The translations under genes and the position numbers were made by a program. DNA of 47,472 bases. Origin: Pachysolen tannophilus NRRL Y-2460. Taxonomy: Eukaryota. Within the stretch, counting starts at the first letter, position 1, and each line of letters opens with the position of its first letter. This document shows, piece after piece, positions 34,289-44,036 of this stretch. Below the pieces are notes generated by a model. The model saw only the letters and a program-made list of their open reading frames with translations, made no database searches and was not told where the DNA came from. The DNA lies in assembly GCA_001661245.1 (NCBI GenBank), contig KV454016.1:557381-604852 (forward strand). The letters run 5' to 3'.

Positions 34289-35260
34289 TTAAACTATCAA
34301 TCTTTGCATTTCTCCTTCATCAGTACTTTTAACTGAGCAAATAGCATTTCTTTGATTATTTGTAAAAGATCCCTCTTCTGCTTCCTCCAGATACATATTT
34401 AAATGATCATGATCGTGTTCATGTTCATGTATGAAATTTTCTTCTTCTTCACGTAAATTTTTAAAAGGACCATAGATTTGAATATCAGCTTTATAATACC
34501 AATAATAATGTTGTAAGAAAAACACAATATCAGCGATTACAGCTTCAATACTTAGCAAAAGTTTTGGTAAATTGTTCAAAATATCTTTATAATTTTGAGA
34601 AATGGAAGCATCCAATACTAATTGAAGCAATGATAAGAGACCTCCAATAAAATCTAACCAAATCATTTCAATGGGCCAGCCATGTGTTGATTTTCTATTA
34701 TAATTATAAATAACTTGTGGAACATTTTTACAAACTGACATCAAGATTTTGAATAATCCCAACGAAGTCAAGAGATCTAACCATTGGAAATGTGGAGATT
34801 TATCATCTGTTTTCAAAATGTAAAAACACATACATGAAATTATTAAAAGTACTGTCAGCAAGATCTTTTTACCCAAAAGTGACATCACTTGATTATCATT
34901 TTTCCTAAAACTCCATGGCCAATAAGCAAAGGATAAAGTCAATAAATTCACCAGCAAACCGTGAGTTGCAAAAATAAAATCGTTTAATTTGATCAAAGGT
35001 AACCGCGGTGTAGGATCTGATGGTAAAGTATAACGCTCTGAATACTCTTTCCTAATATACGGATTAAACAATAAAAACCCATAATAAATAACATAGAAAA
35101 CATACCCTACGGCATTGAAATATAAAAAATCAATAGCTAATCCTTGAATTGATTTCAACTTTATAACAGTTAATATAGGCGGCCAAAATCCTAACCCCCA
35201 TAACACAATATAAGTATAACCAATTAGTGTTGAAAAACCAACCAAATCCATACCAAGCAT
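34289..35260 (-). CDS. ERS1: Cystinosin-family PQ-loop vacuolar cystine transporter (ERS1-like)
   Basis: W..GFWPP..KSIQGLAIDFLYFN, NDFIFATHG, KNVPQVIYNYNRKSTHGWPI..IWLDFIGG..S..Q, D..F..QHY; seven hydrophobic segments; first ATG at 35260. Confidence 0.88.
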   Translation of the reverse strand: MLGMDLVGFSTLIGYTYIVLWGLGFWPPILTVIKLKSIQGLAIDFLYFNAVGYVFYVIYYGFLLFNPYIRKEYSERYTLPSDPTPRLPLIKLNDFIFATHGLLVNLLTLSFAYWPWSFRKNDNQVMSLLGKKILLTVLLIISCMCFYILKTDDKSPHFQWLDLLTSLGLFKILMSVCKNVPQVIYNYNRKSTHGWPIEMIWLDFIGGLLSLLQLVLDASISQNYKDILNNLPKLLLSIEAVIADIVFFLQHYYWYYKADIQIYGPFKNLREEEENFIHEHEHDHDHLNMYLEEAEEGSFTNNQRNAICSVKSTDEGEMQRLIV

Positions 35261-35432
35261 AATCTCAGTAAATAACCAATCGACAAAACACAATATCACC
35301 TTGCTATCAACTATTTTCAACTGATCTTCTTCATATTAAACAAGGAACAAAAGACCAAAAAAAACCCTTTCCCTTCCCTTGCCTGCTATCTGATAGGGAC
35401 TGAGAAAATTTCCTAATCTGGAATCTGCATGT

Positions 35433-35441
35433 TCACGTGAC
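35433..35441. promoter_or_regulatory. Cbf1/CDEI site TCACGTGAC
   Basis: Perfect RTCACGTG on the minus strand, about 175 bp upstream of the cystinosin ATG. Confidence 0.65.
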
Positions 35442-35886
35442 CTGGATTTTTTGCAGTTGCTTTTTGAAACCCAATTCATCTTCATCCAGAAACTAGATAA
35501 CGATAACTAAGATGAAGTTGAGAAATGAGAGAGAGATAAACAAAATTTTCTGCTATTGAGAAATCTAGTCACTTGGAGATATGAAATAGAAAAAAAAATT
35601 TGTATGATTTTTGGCGGCTTTAAAAAGAATTGCTTTTAAACTGCAGAGTATTGCATAACCAGCACGAGAAAGAAGATATTAGCAAAACAAAACTTCCAGA
35701 CAATAACATCTCTCTTTGGGCAAGACTCCAATTGGCTCATATTCTTTTGGAATGGAAAATGTTTTGGAATCACCAGCACCACCAACAGTGCCTGCTCCTG
35801 CTCCTGGCGTATGCGCCAATAAAATGCTGTTGGTGATGATGTTAGTAATACCGCGCACTACCTTTTGTTTTCTCCATATGGAGCAG

Positions 35887-35895
35887 ATCACGTGA
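35887..35895. promoter_or_regulatory. Cbf1/CDEI site ATCACGTGA
   Basis: Perfect RTCACGTG about 125 bp upstream of the cysteine synthase ATG. Confidence 0.65.
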
Positions 35896-36020
35896 AATTT
35901 CAATGGAAGCTTTTTTCCAATGAAAAGTTTAACAGAATCAGTTTATGATAATTTATCTTTTACAAATTTTCTTTTCTTCCTTTTTTTTAAGTAGTTTACA
36001 AGACAAGAATAGTGAGAAAG

Positions 36021-37148
36021 ATGCTTTCATCAGTATCAAGAAGGTATAACTTGAAGTTATCTTCAGTTTCTTTGAGTCGTTTCAATTCTTCAGTAGCAGG
36101 TTTTAAACCTCCGTTTATACCGATAACAGCAGAGAAAGGTTTCCCAGATGCAGTTGGTAATACACCATTGATAAAGTTAAACCATCTTTCAAAAGAGACT
36201 GGAAGAAACATTTACTGTAAGGCAGAATGGATGAATCCAGGTGGATCGGTTAAGGATAGGGCAGCTTTATACATGATTCAACAAGCTGAAAAAAGAGGTG
36301 CAATTACTAAAGGAGCAACCGTTGTTGAAGGTACTGCTGGAAACACCGGAATTGGTTTAGCCCATATTTGTAGAGCTCGTGGTTATAAATGTGTAATATA
36401 CATGCCAAATACACAATCTCCATCAAAGATGAATTTGTTAAGGTTATTAGGTGCTGAGGTTTACCCTGTTCCAGTTAAACCATTCACTGATCCAATGAAT
36501 TTTAATCATCAAGCAAGAAGACATGCAGAAAAATTGGATAATGCTATTTGGACGGACCAATTCGACAATTTGGATAATAGACAGGCCCATATCGAGACAA
36601 CTGGGCCCGAAATTTGGTCCCAGTTGAACGGTAAAGTAGATGCATTCACCTGTTCTACTGGTACCGGTGGAACCTTTTCAGGTATTACCAGATACTTGAA
36701 AGAAATCTCTAATGGTAAAGTCTTATCCATTGTTGCTGATCCCCCAGGTTCATGCGTTTATTCTTATGTTAAGTCTGGTGGTAAAAGTTTAGAAAGAGCA
36801 GGTGGTTCTTTCACTGAAGGAATTGGTCAAGGAAGAATCACAAATAACGTTGCCCAAGATATTTCCCTTATTGACGATGCAATTAGAATCCCAGATGAAG
36901 AATCAATAGCTATGTTGTATAGATTATTGGACGAAGAAGGTGTTTATACCGGAGGTACAGGTGCTTTGAACGTTGTCGCTGCTGTGAAAGTTGCTCAAAT
37001 GGTTCCAGAAGGTTCAAATGTTGTCACAATATTAGCTGATTCTGCTAATAAATATGCAGACAGAATTTTCAGTAAGAAATGGTTAGAATCAAAAGGTATT
37101 TATGATGCAATTCCAGCACATTTGAAAAAATACGTTGCCTTGGAATAG
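36021..37148 (+). CDS. Cysteine synthase / O-acylserine sulfhydrylase (PLP fold II) with mitochondrial-type presequence (CysK/CysB/MCY1-like)
   Basis: [25 protein letters not shown] (PLP lysine), [29 protein letters not shown]; Arg/Ser-rich N-terminus from ATG 36021. Confidence 0.93.
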   Translation: MLSSVSRRYNLKLSSVSLSRFNSSVAGFKPPFIPITAEKGFPDAVGNTPLIKLNHLSKETGRNIYCKAEWMNPGGSVKDRAALYMIQQAEKRGAITKGATVVEGTAGNTGIGLAHICRARGYKCVIYMPNTQSPSKMNLLRLLGAEVYPVPVKPFTDPMNFNHQARRHAEKLDNAIWTDQFDNLDNRQAHIETTGPEIWSQLNGKVDAFTCSTGTGGTFSGITRYLKEISNGKVLSIVADPPGSCVYSYVKSGGKSLERAGGSFTEGIGQGRITNNVAQDISLIDDAIRIPDEESIAMLYRLLDEEGVYTGGTGALNVVAAVKVAQMVPEGSNVVTILADSANKYADRIFSKKWLESKGIYDAIPAHLKKYVALE

Positions 37149-37523
37149 ATATAAATCTACGAATTCATTTTGTACATATACTGCCCTTTAGCCTTATTGA
37201 ATATAGTCAAGTCATATATATATATACATATATATTCAAAGTATAGCGAAATCAAAGAAACAATCTATTTTGATTATTTGATGGAATAAAACAACATATT
37301 TAGTAACGAAATGAAAAATACAACCCATGTAAAAAGGACAACAAGAAGTAAAAAAAATAATAAAAATAAAAACTAATTCATACAGATCATGTAATAGTGT
37401 ATAATAAAATATTCTAGACAAACCAACCCAATAACTCCAATTATTTGACAAAACAAATTTAATAACTCCTCCACAAAGATATCAGCATTAAAACGTTATA
37501 TATATATACTCAGCTTGATATTT

Positions 37524-40500
37524 TTACGATGCATGAACATAAGCTTTATTCAAATTGTAAATTTCTTTGCATAAGATAAACCAATCAACTTCCCTTAGCC
37601 AGCTATGATTGTTAGTCAGCAAACTGTTGAATACTCTAGTGTTTTTCGAGTTCTCCTCATTATAGTCGTTGTCTTCCTCTTCCAAACCATTTTGATTTTC
37701 CTTATTGTTTTCTTCTGGTTCTTCGTCGGAAATAACTGCATCCTCCTCCAGAATAGACTTAATATTCGTATTTGAACTAATAGAAATAGAAAATATTGAA
37801 CTATTCAACAGATTGCTAAAATTTTCTGCAGTAATCAAATTATTAGTGATACTGCTTACTGATGATAGACTTGTTGATAAAGATGTCCTTGAGGGAACTG
37901 AAAATGAGCGAGAATGTGAATGAGAATTGGAAAAAACTGAATTCAAACTTCCACTCAACTTAGATGTAGATTTAGATAGACAATGATGAACACTATTTTC
38001 TGTAACGACTGACGCTCTCTTGCCGTTACTATTAAGTGCTAGTGACCGTTGTGATTTAACATAAGTCTCTTCCCACTTGAATAATTCATACATTAGTTTT
38101 AAATTTGGCTGAATAATAACGTTTAACCTTCTAACTCTCACATAAAGGTAGGCTCTGACCAAACTTATATTTAAACGTTTTATAACTTCAGCAATGCAAA
38201 CAGTAGCAGATCTGGAAACTCCAACTTGGCAATGAACCAAAATTTTTTCATTTCTAATATAACCGGAATCAATGAAGTTCAATGCATCAGTTATCGTATT
38301 AGTTAAAGTCCCAATACCATCATCATTGATATTAGTAATATGCATTATAGAATCAATGAGACAATCATCATTGATTAAAGGATCATCAGACTTAGAATCT
38401 ATTAGTTTCATAATTTTGCAACCTGATTCGGTTGTAGATATCGTGAAATTATAATCAGATAACCAACCCAATTGTTCACCAACGGAGACAATCCTTGTGA
38501 TTCCAAGTTCATTTAATAACGGTAAATTGTTAGCATGGGTTAAAGAGCCTAAGTACAAATGAGGAAGAACTCTAGAAGGCAAAGAACCAAAAACTTGTTC
38601 ACAACAGCCAGGTTGTTCTCTGGTCTGCTCACTTTCCGAATCGCTAGAATCACTAGAATCATCATCATGAGGAAGATGTCGACTATTTGCAATTTTTTCT
38701 GCGTTTGAAAGGTCGATTAATACCCTTGGATTTGCTTTTCTAGTATTTGGAACCAACAAACATGAATTGATAACATGAGCTTCGATTTTATCCAATCCCG
38801 GTTCAAATTTTATATCCTTATTAGCAATTGGAGAATATTTTAAAAGTAGTCTTTGTAATTTCTGTAGTAAGAAGTAATCTGATTTGAAAATGAAAAATGG
38901 TCTACCATGATATTTATGCAATCTCAATATTGCCTTATCTAATGTTAATCCCTCCGAGTAAATAATAAAAGATAATCCCAATAAAGAACTTTCAGTATAA
39001 CCATCTGAACAGTATACAAGCCCATTGAAAAACTCATCCGGTTTACCTACCAAAGCTGTACCACACCTGTAATACAATAATTTACAAACATTAACTAGCG
39101 ACAAAATATCTTCATCTCTTAAATCCCCCAATCCAATTGATCCTGAAGGAGGGAATTCTAAATATATCTGCTCGTAATAATCATCCGTACAATGCAATAA
39201 AAACTGATGCAAGTCTGCCAACTGTGGGAATTGGGCACCATCGTAGCAGTTTATAAACAATTTCCAATTTTGTTTGGGTTTTGTTATCAACAATTGTTCT
39301 TTGCTCATATTTTTCTGCTTGGCATTACAAATATCTGTCCAAGTTAAAGTGGTTATAGTGTTAGCAGGATCACAATATAACGGTGGTGAACTATTTTGCA
39401 TAGAAGGGATTTGATTTGATAAAGATGTTCTTTCCGTTATCAGATTCTGATCATCCGAATTATTATTCCAAAGCTTATTACGATAAGTTTCAAAATCAGT
39501 TGTATTTCCAAACCAGACATTCCGGGATACATATGTTGCAGTAGACATTTTGCAAATTTCCAATTTTTCTCTGTATAAAGAGTTATCATCCCAATAGTTA
39601 AACAAATTAATGTCAAGTTCTGGCATTGATTGACCTATACTGTTATCTGGAGTCTTTATTTCCACAGCTTTCGTTTCCAACAAATCTGAATCTTTCTGTA
39701 AATCAAATGATTTCAAAATATAGGTATTGTAATAGTTATTATAGCGACAATTTGGAGCTTGCTGATTAATTTCTGGATGTTCGATTGAAAACTTAAGTTG
39801 TGCTAGGTATAATAATCTAGCTAACGAATCACAATGACAATTTCTTTTAGTTTTCAAAGATTTTAATATAATAGTGGTTTTTTCTTGTTTATAAGACATA
39901 TGATGATCATTCTTGAAACAATAAACGATAAAATCTGAAATGTGACTTATCTTACTTGATTGAATGTGGAAATTTCTTAAACTAACACCATTTTGGGGAT
40001 CTAATTCTTTGAAAAAAGGTAATAATTTTAATCGCAAGCAATCTCTATAAATTAATTCTGTGTTAAATTTCAAATCATTTTCAAATCTTAAAGCATTAAA
40101 TAATAAACTTATTGATTCTCTAAGCCTACTAAGTTCAATAAAATCTAAAGGTAATAAAACATCGGAAGCATTAATTGAACCTTTTAAACCATATAAATTC
40201 GAATTTGTATCATTTTCATTATCAAATGTGTCATTTTGTTTTAATGTTGGCGGTGAAGTAGCAATCATTAAGAATCTGACTTTTTCAGGAATTTTAAAAG
40301 GATCATAATTACTTTGATTATTATTCAAAAATTTCTTTTGAGCAGTATTGTGTCTATGCATACCATGAAGCCATGGGAACATTTTATCCACTGTAGGTAG
40401 TTCGTTGGAGTAATACCAATTAACAATATCTGTAAATTGTTGTTGATTCAATAATTTAATATTATGATTATCGTACAAAGATTCTTTTAAGCTCTGGTAA

Positions 40501-40931
40501 AAATCCAGAGATATATCCAAGGAGAAATTCTTAAATGATGATGATTCTGGCGCGTTATTCAATGAACTACATGCCAAAGACACCAATGATGACGATGGAG
40601 ATTTCGAATTAGAAGCTGGAGGCGTCATTAGATGTCCCGCGTTATCACCGGCATTAACGGTATTCATATATCTTGTCTTGAACTTATCTCTTGTATCAAA
40701 TTTCTCCGTAGATGTACTGTTAGACCTTTTATTCGATCTCTTACTCCCATCAATCTCATTATTGGTATTTTTCTTCAAATCTGAATCTGCTTCAATAAAT
40801 ATATTTTCTTGTTCATGCAAGATGTTTGTTATTATCGGTAAAGGCGATGTAGATCTGCTCTTCAGTCGACTATTCGACGAAATTTCAATGGGACCTATAT
40901 TCGATAGGTTCGTATCAACATTCGAAGACAT
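37524..40931 (-). CDS. PPS1: Dual-specificity protein phosphatase Pps1
   Basis: MFPWLHG, SLRNFHIQ, degenerate first domain YCSDGYTESS, SLPSRVLPHLYLGSL.HA, catalytic VHCQVGVSRSAT, YVRVRRLNVIIQPN; first ATG at 40931. Confidence 0.92.
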   Translation of the reverse strand: MSSNVDTNLSNIGPIEISSNSRLKSRSTSPLPIITNILHEQENIFIEADSDLKKNTNNEIDGSKRSNKRSNSTSTEKFDTRDKFKTRYMNTVNAGDNAGHLMTPPASNSKSPSSSLVSLACSSLNNAPESSSFKNFSLDISLDFYQSLKESLYDNHNIKLLNQQQFTDIVNWYYSNELPTVDKMFPWLHGMHRHNTAQKKFLNNNQSNYDPFKIPEKVRFLMIATSPPTLKQNDTFDNENDTNSNLYGLKGSINASDVLLPLDFIELSRLRESISLLFNALRFENDLKFNTELIYRDCLRLKLLPFFKELDPQNGVSLRNFHIQSSKISHISDFIVYCFKNDHHMSYKQEKTTIILKSLKTKRNCHCDSLARLLYLAQLKFSIEHPEINQQAPNCRYNNYYNTYILKSFDLQKDSDLLETKAVEIKTPDNSIGQSMPELDINLFNYWDDNSLYREKLEICKMSTATYVSRNVWFGNTTDFETYRNKLWNNNSDDQNLITERTSLSNQIPSMQNSSPPLYCDPANTITTLTWTDICNAKQKNMSKEQLLITKPKQNWKLFINCYDGAQFPQLADLHQFLLHCTDDYYEQIYLEFPPSGSIGLGDLRDEDILSLVNVCKLLYYRCGTALVGKPDEFFNGLVYCSDGYTESSLLGLSFIIYSEGLTLDKAILRLHKYHGRPFFIFKSDYFLLQKLQRLLLKYSPIANKDIKFEPGLDKIEAHVINSCLLVPNTRKANPRVLIDLSNAEKIANSRHLPHDDDSSDSSDSESEQTREQPGCCEQVFGSLPSRVLPHLYLGSLTHANNLPLLNELGITRIVSVGEQLGWLSDYNFTISTTESGCKIMKLIDSKSDDPLINDDCLIDSIMHITNINDDGIGTLTNTITDALNFIDSGYIRNEKILVHCQVGVSRSATVCIAEVIKRLNISLVRAYLYVRVRRLNVIIQPNLKLMYELFKWEETYVKSQRSLALNSNGKRASVVTENSVHHCLSKSTSKLSGSLNSVFSNSHSHSRSFSVPSRTSLSTSLSSVSSITNNLITAENFSNLLNSSIFSISISSNTNIKSILEEDAVISDEEPEENNKENQNGLEEEDNDYNEENSKNTRVFNSLLTNNHSWLREVDWFILCKEIYNLNKAYVHAS

Positions 40932-41463
40932 AACAATCTTCAATCTCCTTCAAATATACTGCAACAATTATTTATCCTTCTTTGTTTGCAAATATTTTCA
41001 GAAACCTAAAATAAAAAAAAAATTAAAAGAAATAAACAAAACAACAGTTTGTTTGTTTTAAAAGCGCCAATAACTGGCGGTTTAAAAATATTCAACAACT
41101 AAAATCAATAGAAATTAATCAATAGAACCCAGATTGTAAAATGATATTTATAATCAAGTTGAAGTTCAATAAATAATTAATTAAATTGATATCAGTTATC
41201 TTTAATACCTTTGCTTTTTTTGCTATCTTTTTTAAGATCATTTAATTAAACCTTGAAATAGATAAGAAATTTTTAATTTTTTTTTTTTTTTTACCTTTTT
41301 TTTTTTCACTTTTTGATGATTTTTCTGGTATTTTTCAATCAGTTTATACAACTGTTATTGAATGATTAGAACTACAAGAGAGCTATGGCGAGATCAAGGA
41401 GAGATGGGTTTAGTTTGCTATTTAAGTTATTGTATTTTTATTAGAATTTATATACGATATCGC

Positions 41464-43233
41464 TTAGTAGTGGTTTAATTTCCACAATCTAACTTTACCT
41501 GCTTGATTACCGACACAAAGCATCTCGCTATTTGGACTGAAGCTGACACTTGTTACTCTTCCCAAAGGTGTTCCACTTGTTGGCCAGTTGTTGAATACTT
41601 TGAAGCTTGGTAAATGTACTAATCTCAATGCGTCTTTCTTTGCTCTACTGGCGATACATAAGATTTGGCCATCTGTTGAAAATTCTAAACTTGAAATTGT
41701 TGTAATTAAATTATCAATCACTGCTGTAGGTTTCCTTGTAGATGATTCATTATTTTTCCTTTTATCGGTTGGTTGGTTTAAGATAGACAAAGTATCATAA
41801 ATATTTACAATACCTGTATTATTACCAATTGCAAGCCATTTGTTTTGTAAGCCGCCAACTTTAATTTTAGTAATACCTATTCCTGATTCATCTTGCCATT
41901 TATTTAAAATTTTCCCAGTGGAAACCTCCCATTCCCAAACTTCTCCCAGGGAATTAACGGCATAAAGAATTGTATCATCTTTCTTATTACTCTGTTGAAT
42001 ACTGAAATCAATATCTACTAAAGTTCCTTCTATTTTAAAACCTTTTATCCATTGTCCAGTGGATCCTGATAAGATGTTTACCCAACCAGAATTACCAACT
42101 AATCCAATATACTTGCCATTATTACTCATTTTAAAATTTTCAAAAGATCTTTGAGTATTTTCATGACCATATAATCTTGAAATTTTTTCTAATTCACCTT
42201 TCATAATATCCCATTTATACATATATCTTCTTCTACCACCTGCAAAAATTGTATCTTCTTGAAATTGAACTGTTTGTATAGGACAATTTCTTAAATGCAA
42301 AGAAGTAACCAAGTTATTATATTTACCATCTATGTGATATATTCTTAAAGTTCTATCATAACCACCAGTAAGTAATAATGGGTGTTGACTATGAAATGAC
42401 ATTGATTGTATTGCAGATTTTGAAGAATGTTTATACGTCACATCTTTTAACCTTGTTATATCAATTTTATTTGGAGGTAATAAGTTGTATTTACCATTTC
42501 CAATATTATATGCAGGTATTTGATTTGTTTCCAAGAATTTCAATAATGAATTTGAATTTTCAAGTATTGATTTAATTCTACTACTGCTACCACCATTCAT
42601 ATCGTCATTTTCCTCGACCTGACCATCATCATTTTCGTTTTCTTCCCCTGAGTTGCTATTCTCATCCTCATATTCGTCAACCCATTTTGGTCTTGGATAT
42701 AATTTTTCAAATTGAGATTTAAGTCTATTAATATATGTCTTTGCATTTATAGTAGAGTCCTGTTCACTATGTCTTAATTTTTTTATCCTGTCAGACAGAT
42801 TTAATGCTATAAAGGTTTTTTCGTCGTCTTCATCTTTCCAAGCATCTGAATCTGAATCTGAATCCGAGTCTGAATCTGAATATGCTGAATCATATTTCTC
42901 ATCTACATCCATTAAATCGTCTTCTTTTTCCTCATCATCATTTTCTTCACCTTCATCAACATAAAACAACTGGTCGTCATTTAATTTTTCCAAATTCTCC
43001 TCATCATTATCAAAATCACTCTCTTGCTCTTGGTCTTCATCACCTTCTTCATCACTTGAAAATTCATACAAATTATCAACATTTCTTAAATTCAATTCAA
43101 AACCTTTTGAATCCCCAAAAACAAGTTTTTCCAACTCCAACTCTTCCTCATCCTTGGGCGGTATCTTGACCTCATCCCTACTTTTCTCCATCACACTCGC
43201 ACTTGCACTCGCATTCACACTAGCACTCATCAC
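41464..43233 (-). CDS. UTP18: U3 snoRNP/SSU processome WD40 protein
   Basis: KDEEELELEKLVFGD, AWKDEDD, RLKSQFEKLYPRPKW, GGRRRYMY.WD, DALRLVHLPS..VFNNWPTSGTPLG, RLWKLNHY. Confidence 0.96.
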   Translation of the reverse strand: MMSASVNASASASVMEKSRDEVKIPPKDEEELELEKLVFGDSKGFELNLRNVDNLYEFSSDEEGDEDQEQESDFDNDEENLEKLNDDQLFYVDEGEENDDEEKEDDLMDVDEKYDSAYSDSDSDSDSDSDAWKDEDDEKTFIALNLSDRIKKLRHSEQDSTINAKTYINRLKSQFEKLYPRPKWVDEYEDENSNSGEENENDDGQVEENDDMNGGSSSRIKSILENSNSLLKFLETNQIPAYNIGNGKYNLLPPNKIDITRLKDVTYKHSSKSAIQSMSFHSQHPLLLTGGYDRTLRIYHIDGKYNNLVTSLHLRNCPIQTVQFQEDTIFAGGRRRYMYKWDIMKGELEKISRLYGHENTQRSFENFKMSNNGKYIGLVGNSGWVNILSGSTGQWIKGFKIEGTLVDIDFSIQQSNKKDDTILYAVNSLGEVWEWEVSTGKILNKWQDESGIGITKIKVGGLQNKWLAIGNNTGIVNIYDTLSILNQPTDKRKNNESSTRKPTAVIDNLITTISSLEFSTDGQILCIASRAKKDALRLVHLPSFKVFNNWPTSGTPLGRVTSVSFSPNSEMLCVGNQAGKVRLWKLNHY

Positions 43234-43321
43234 TACAAATGACCTTCAAATGACCTTCAAATACCTCTGTGAAATCTCAAGTTTATACTCTCTTGTTCCA
43301 CTCTAATATTATTTTAAAAAG

Positions 43322-43350
43322 TGAAAAATTTTTTGAATTTAAGAGATGAG
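43322..43350. promoter_or_regulatory. RRPE (43322-43332) and PAC core GATGAG (43345-43350) upstream of UTP18
   Basis: Consensus motifs adjacent to each other about 90-115 bp from the ATG of a ribosome-biogenesis gene. Confidence 0.72.
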
Positions 43351-43481
43351 ATTTAAATGACACGTTAAAATTCAACTCATTTTTAAACCTGGTGAAGAAA
43401 CTAAAAGAAACCCAAGTTGATAATATAATTAATAGTAATTAATCATTTGAATAAAATTTCTATATAATTCAAATCATCAAG

Positions 43482-43884
43482 ATGAGAGCTACTTCTTTCA
43501 GGTCACTGTAAGTAAAAGAATTATGGAATAATAAAGTTGGAAGTTTAATTAATTTTTTTTTGTTTTAAATTTAGAGAAAGTTTACTAATTTTTATTATAT
43601 ATATATATATATATAGGGTCACTGATCAATATCATTCGAAATATAACTATACCATGACTCCAGCTATGTTGAGAGCCAGGAAACCATATTTCTGGAGAAA
43701 TACGGTTTCTTTATTTGTGCTTGGTGGTATTTCGTTAAGTGTTTACGTTTATACATACTCGTTTTTGATGAAGGACGATTTTGAAGATATTCCTATTCCA
43801 CCTATTAGTGATGAAGATTTAGCAAAGTTGAAGAAAGAATATGAAGCTAATAAATTAAAAGATGCTGCTTTGAAAGACAAATGA
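43482..43884 (+). CDS. COA3: Cytochrome c oxidase assembly factor 3 (Cox25); two exons (43482-43507, 43617-43884), 97 aa
   Basis: MTPAMLRARKPYFWRN, one TM helix, YTYSFL.KDDFEDIPIPP. The upstream exon MRATSFRS joins in frame through CT|G. Confidence 0.88.
43508..43616 (+). other. COA3 intron (109 nt)
   Basis: GTAAGT donor, TACTAAT branch (43583-43589), (TA)n tract, TAG acceptor; frame is preserved. Confidence 0.8.
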
Positions 43885-44036
43885 AGAAAAGAAAAGAAAA
43901 GAAAAAAAAATTTTTTTTTTTAATTAAAACTTATTTATTTGAATTTTAAGTATAAACTTGTAAATAATATATGTATATGTATATGTATACATATATATAT
44001 ATATAAATAATCTAAATTATGTGACGAAAATAATCA

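Noticed and set aside
35395..35430. GGGACTGAGA resembling the start of a fungal TPP riboswitch
   Set aside because: The downstream conserved TGATC..GATAATACCAGCG core is missing and the neighbouring genes are unrelated to thiamine.
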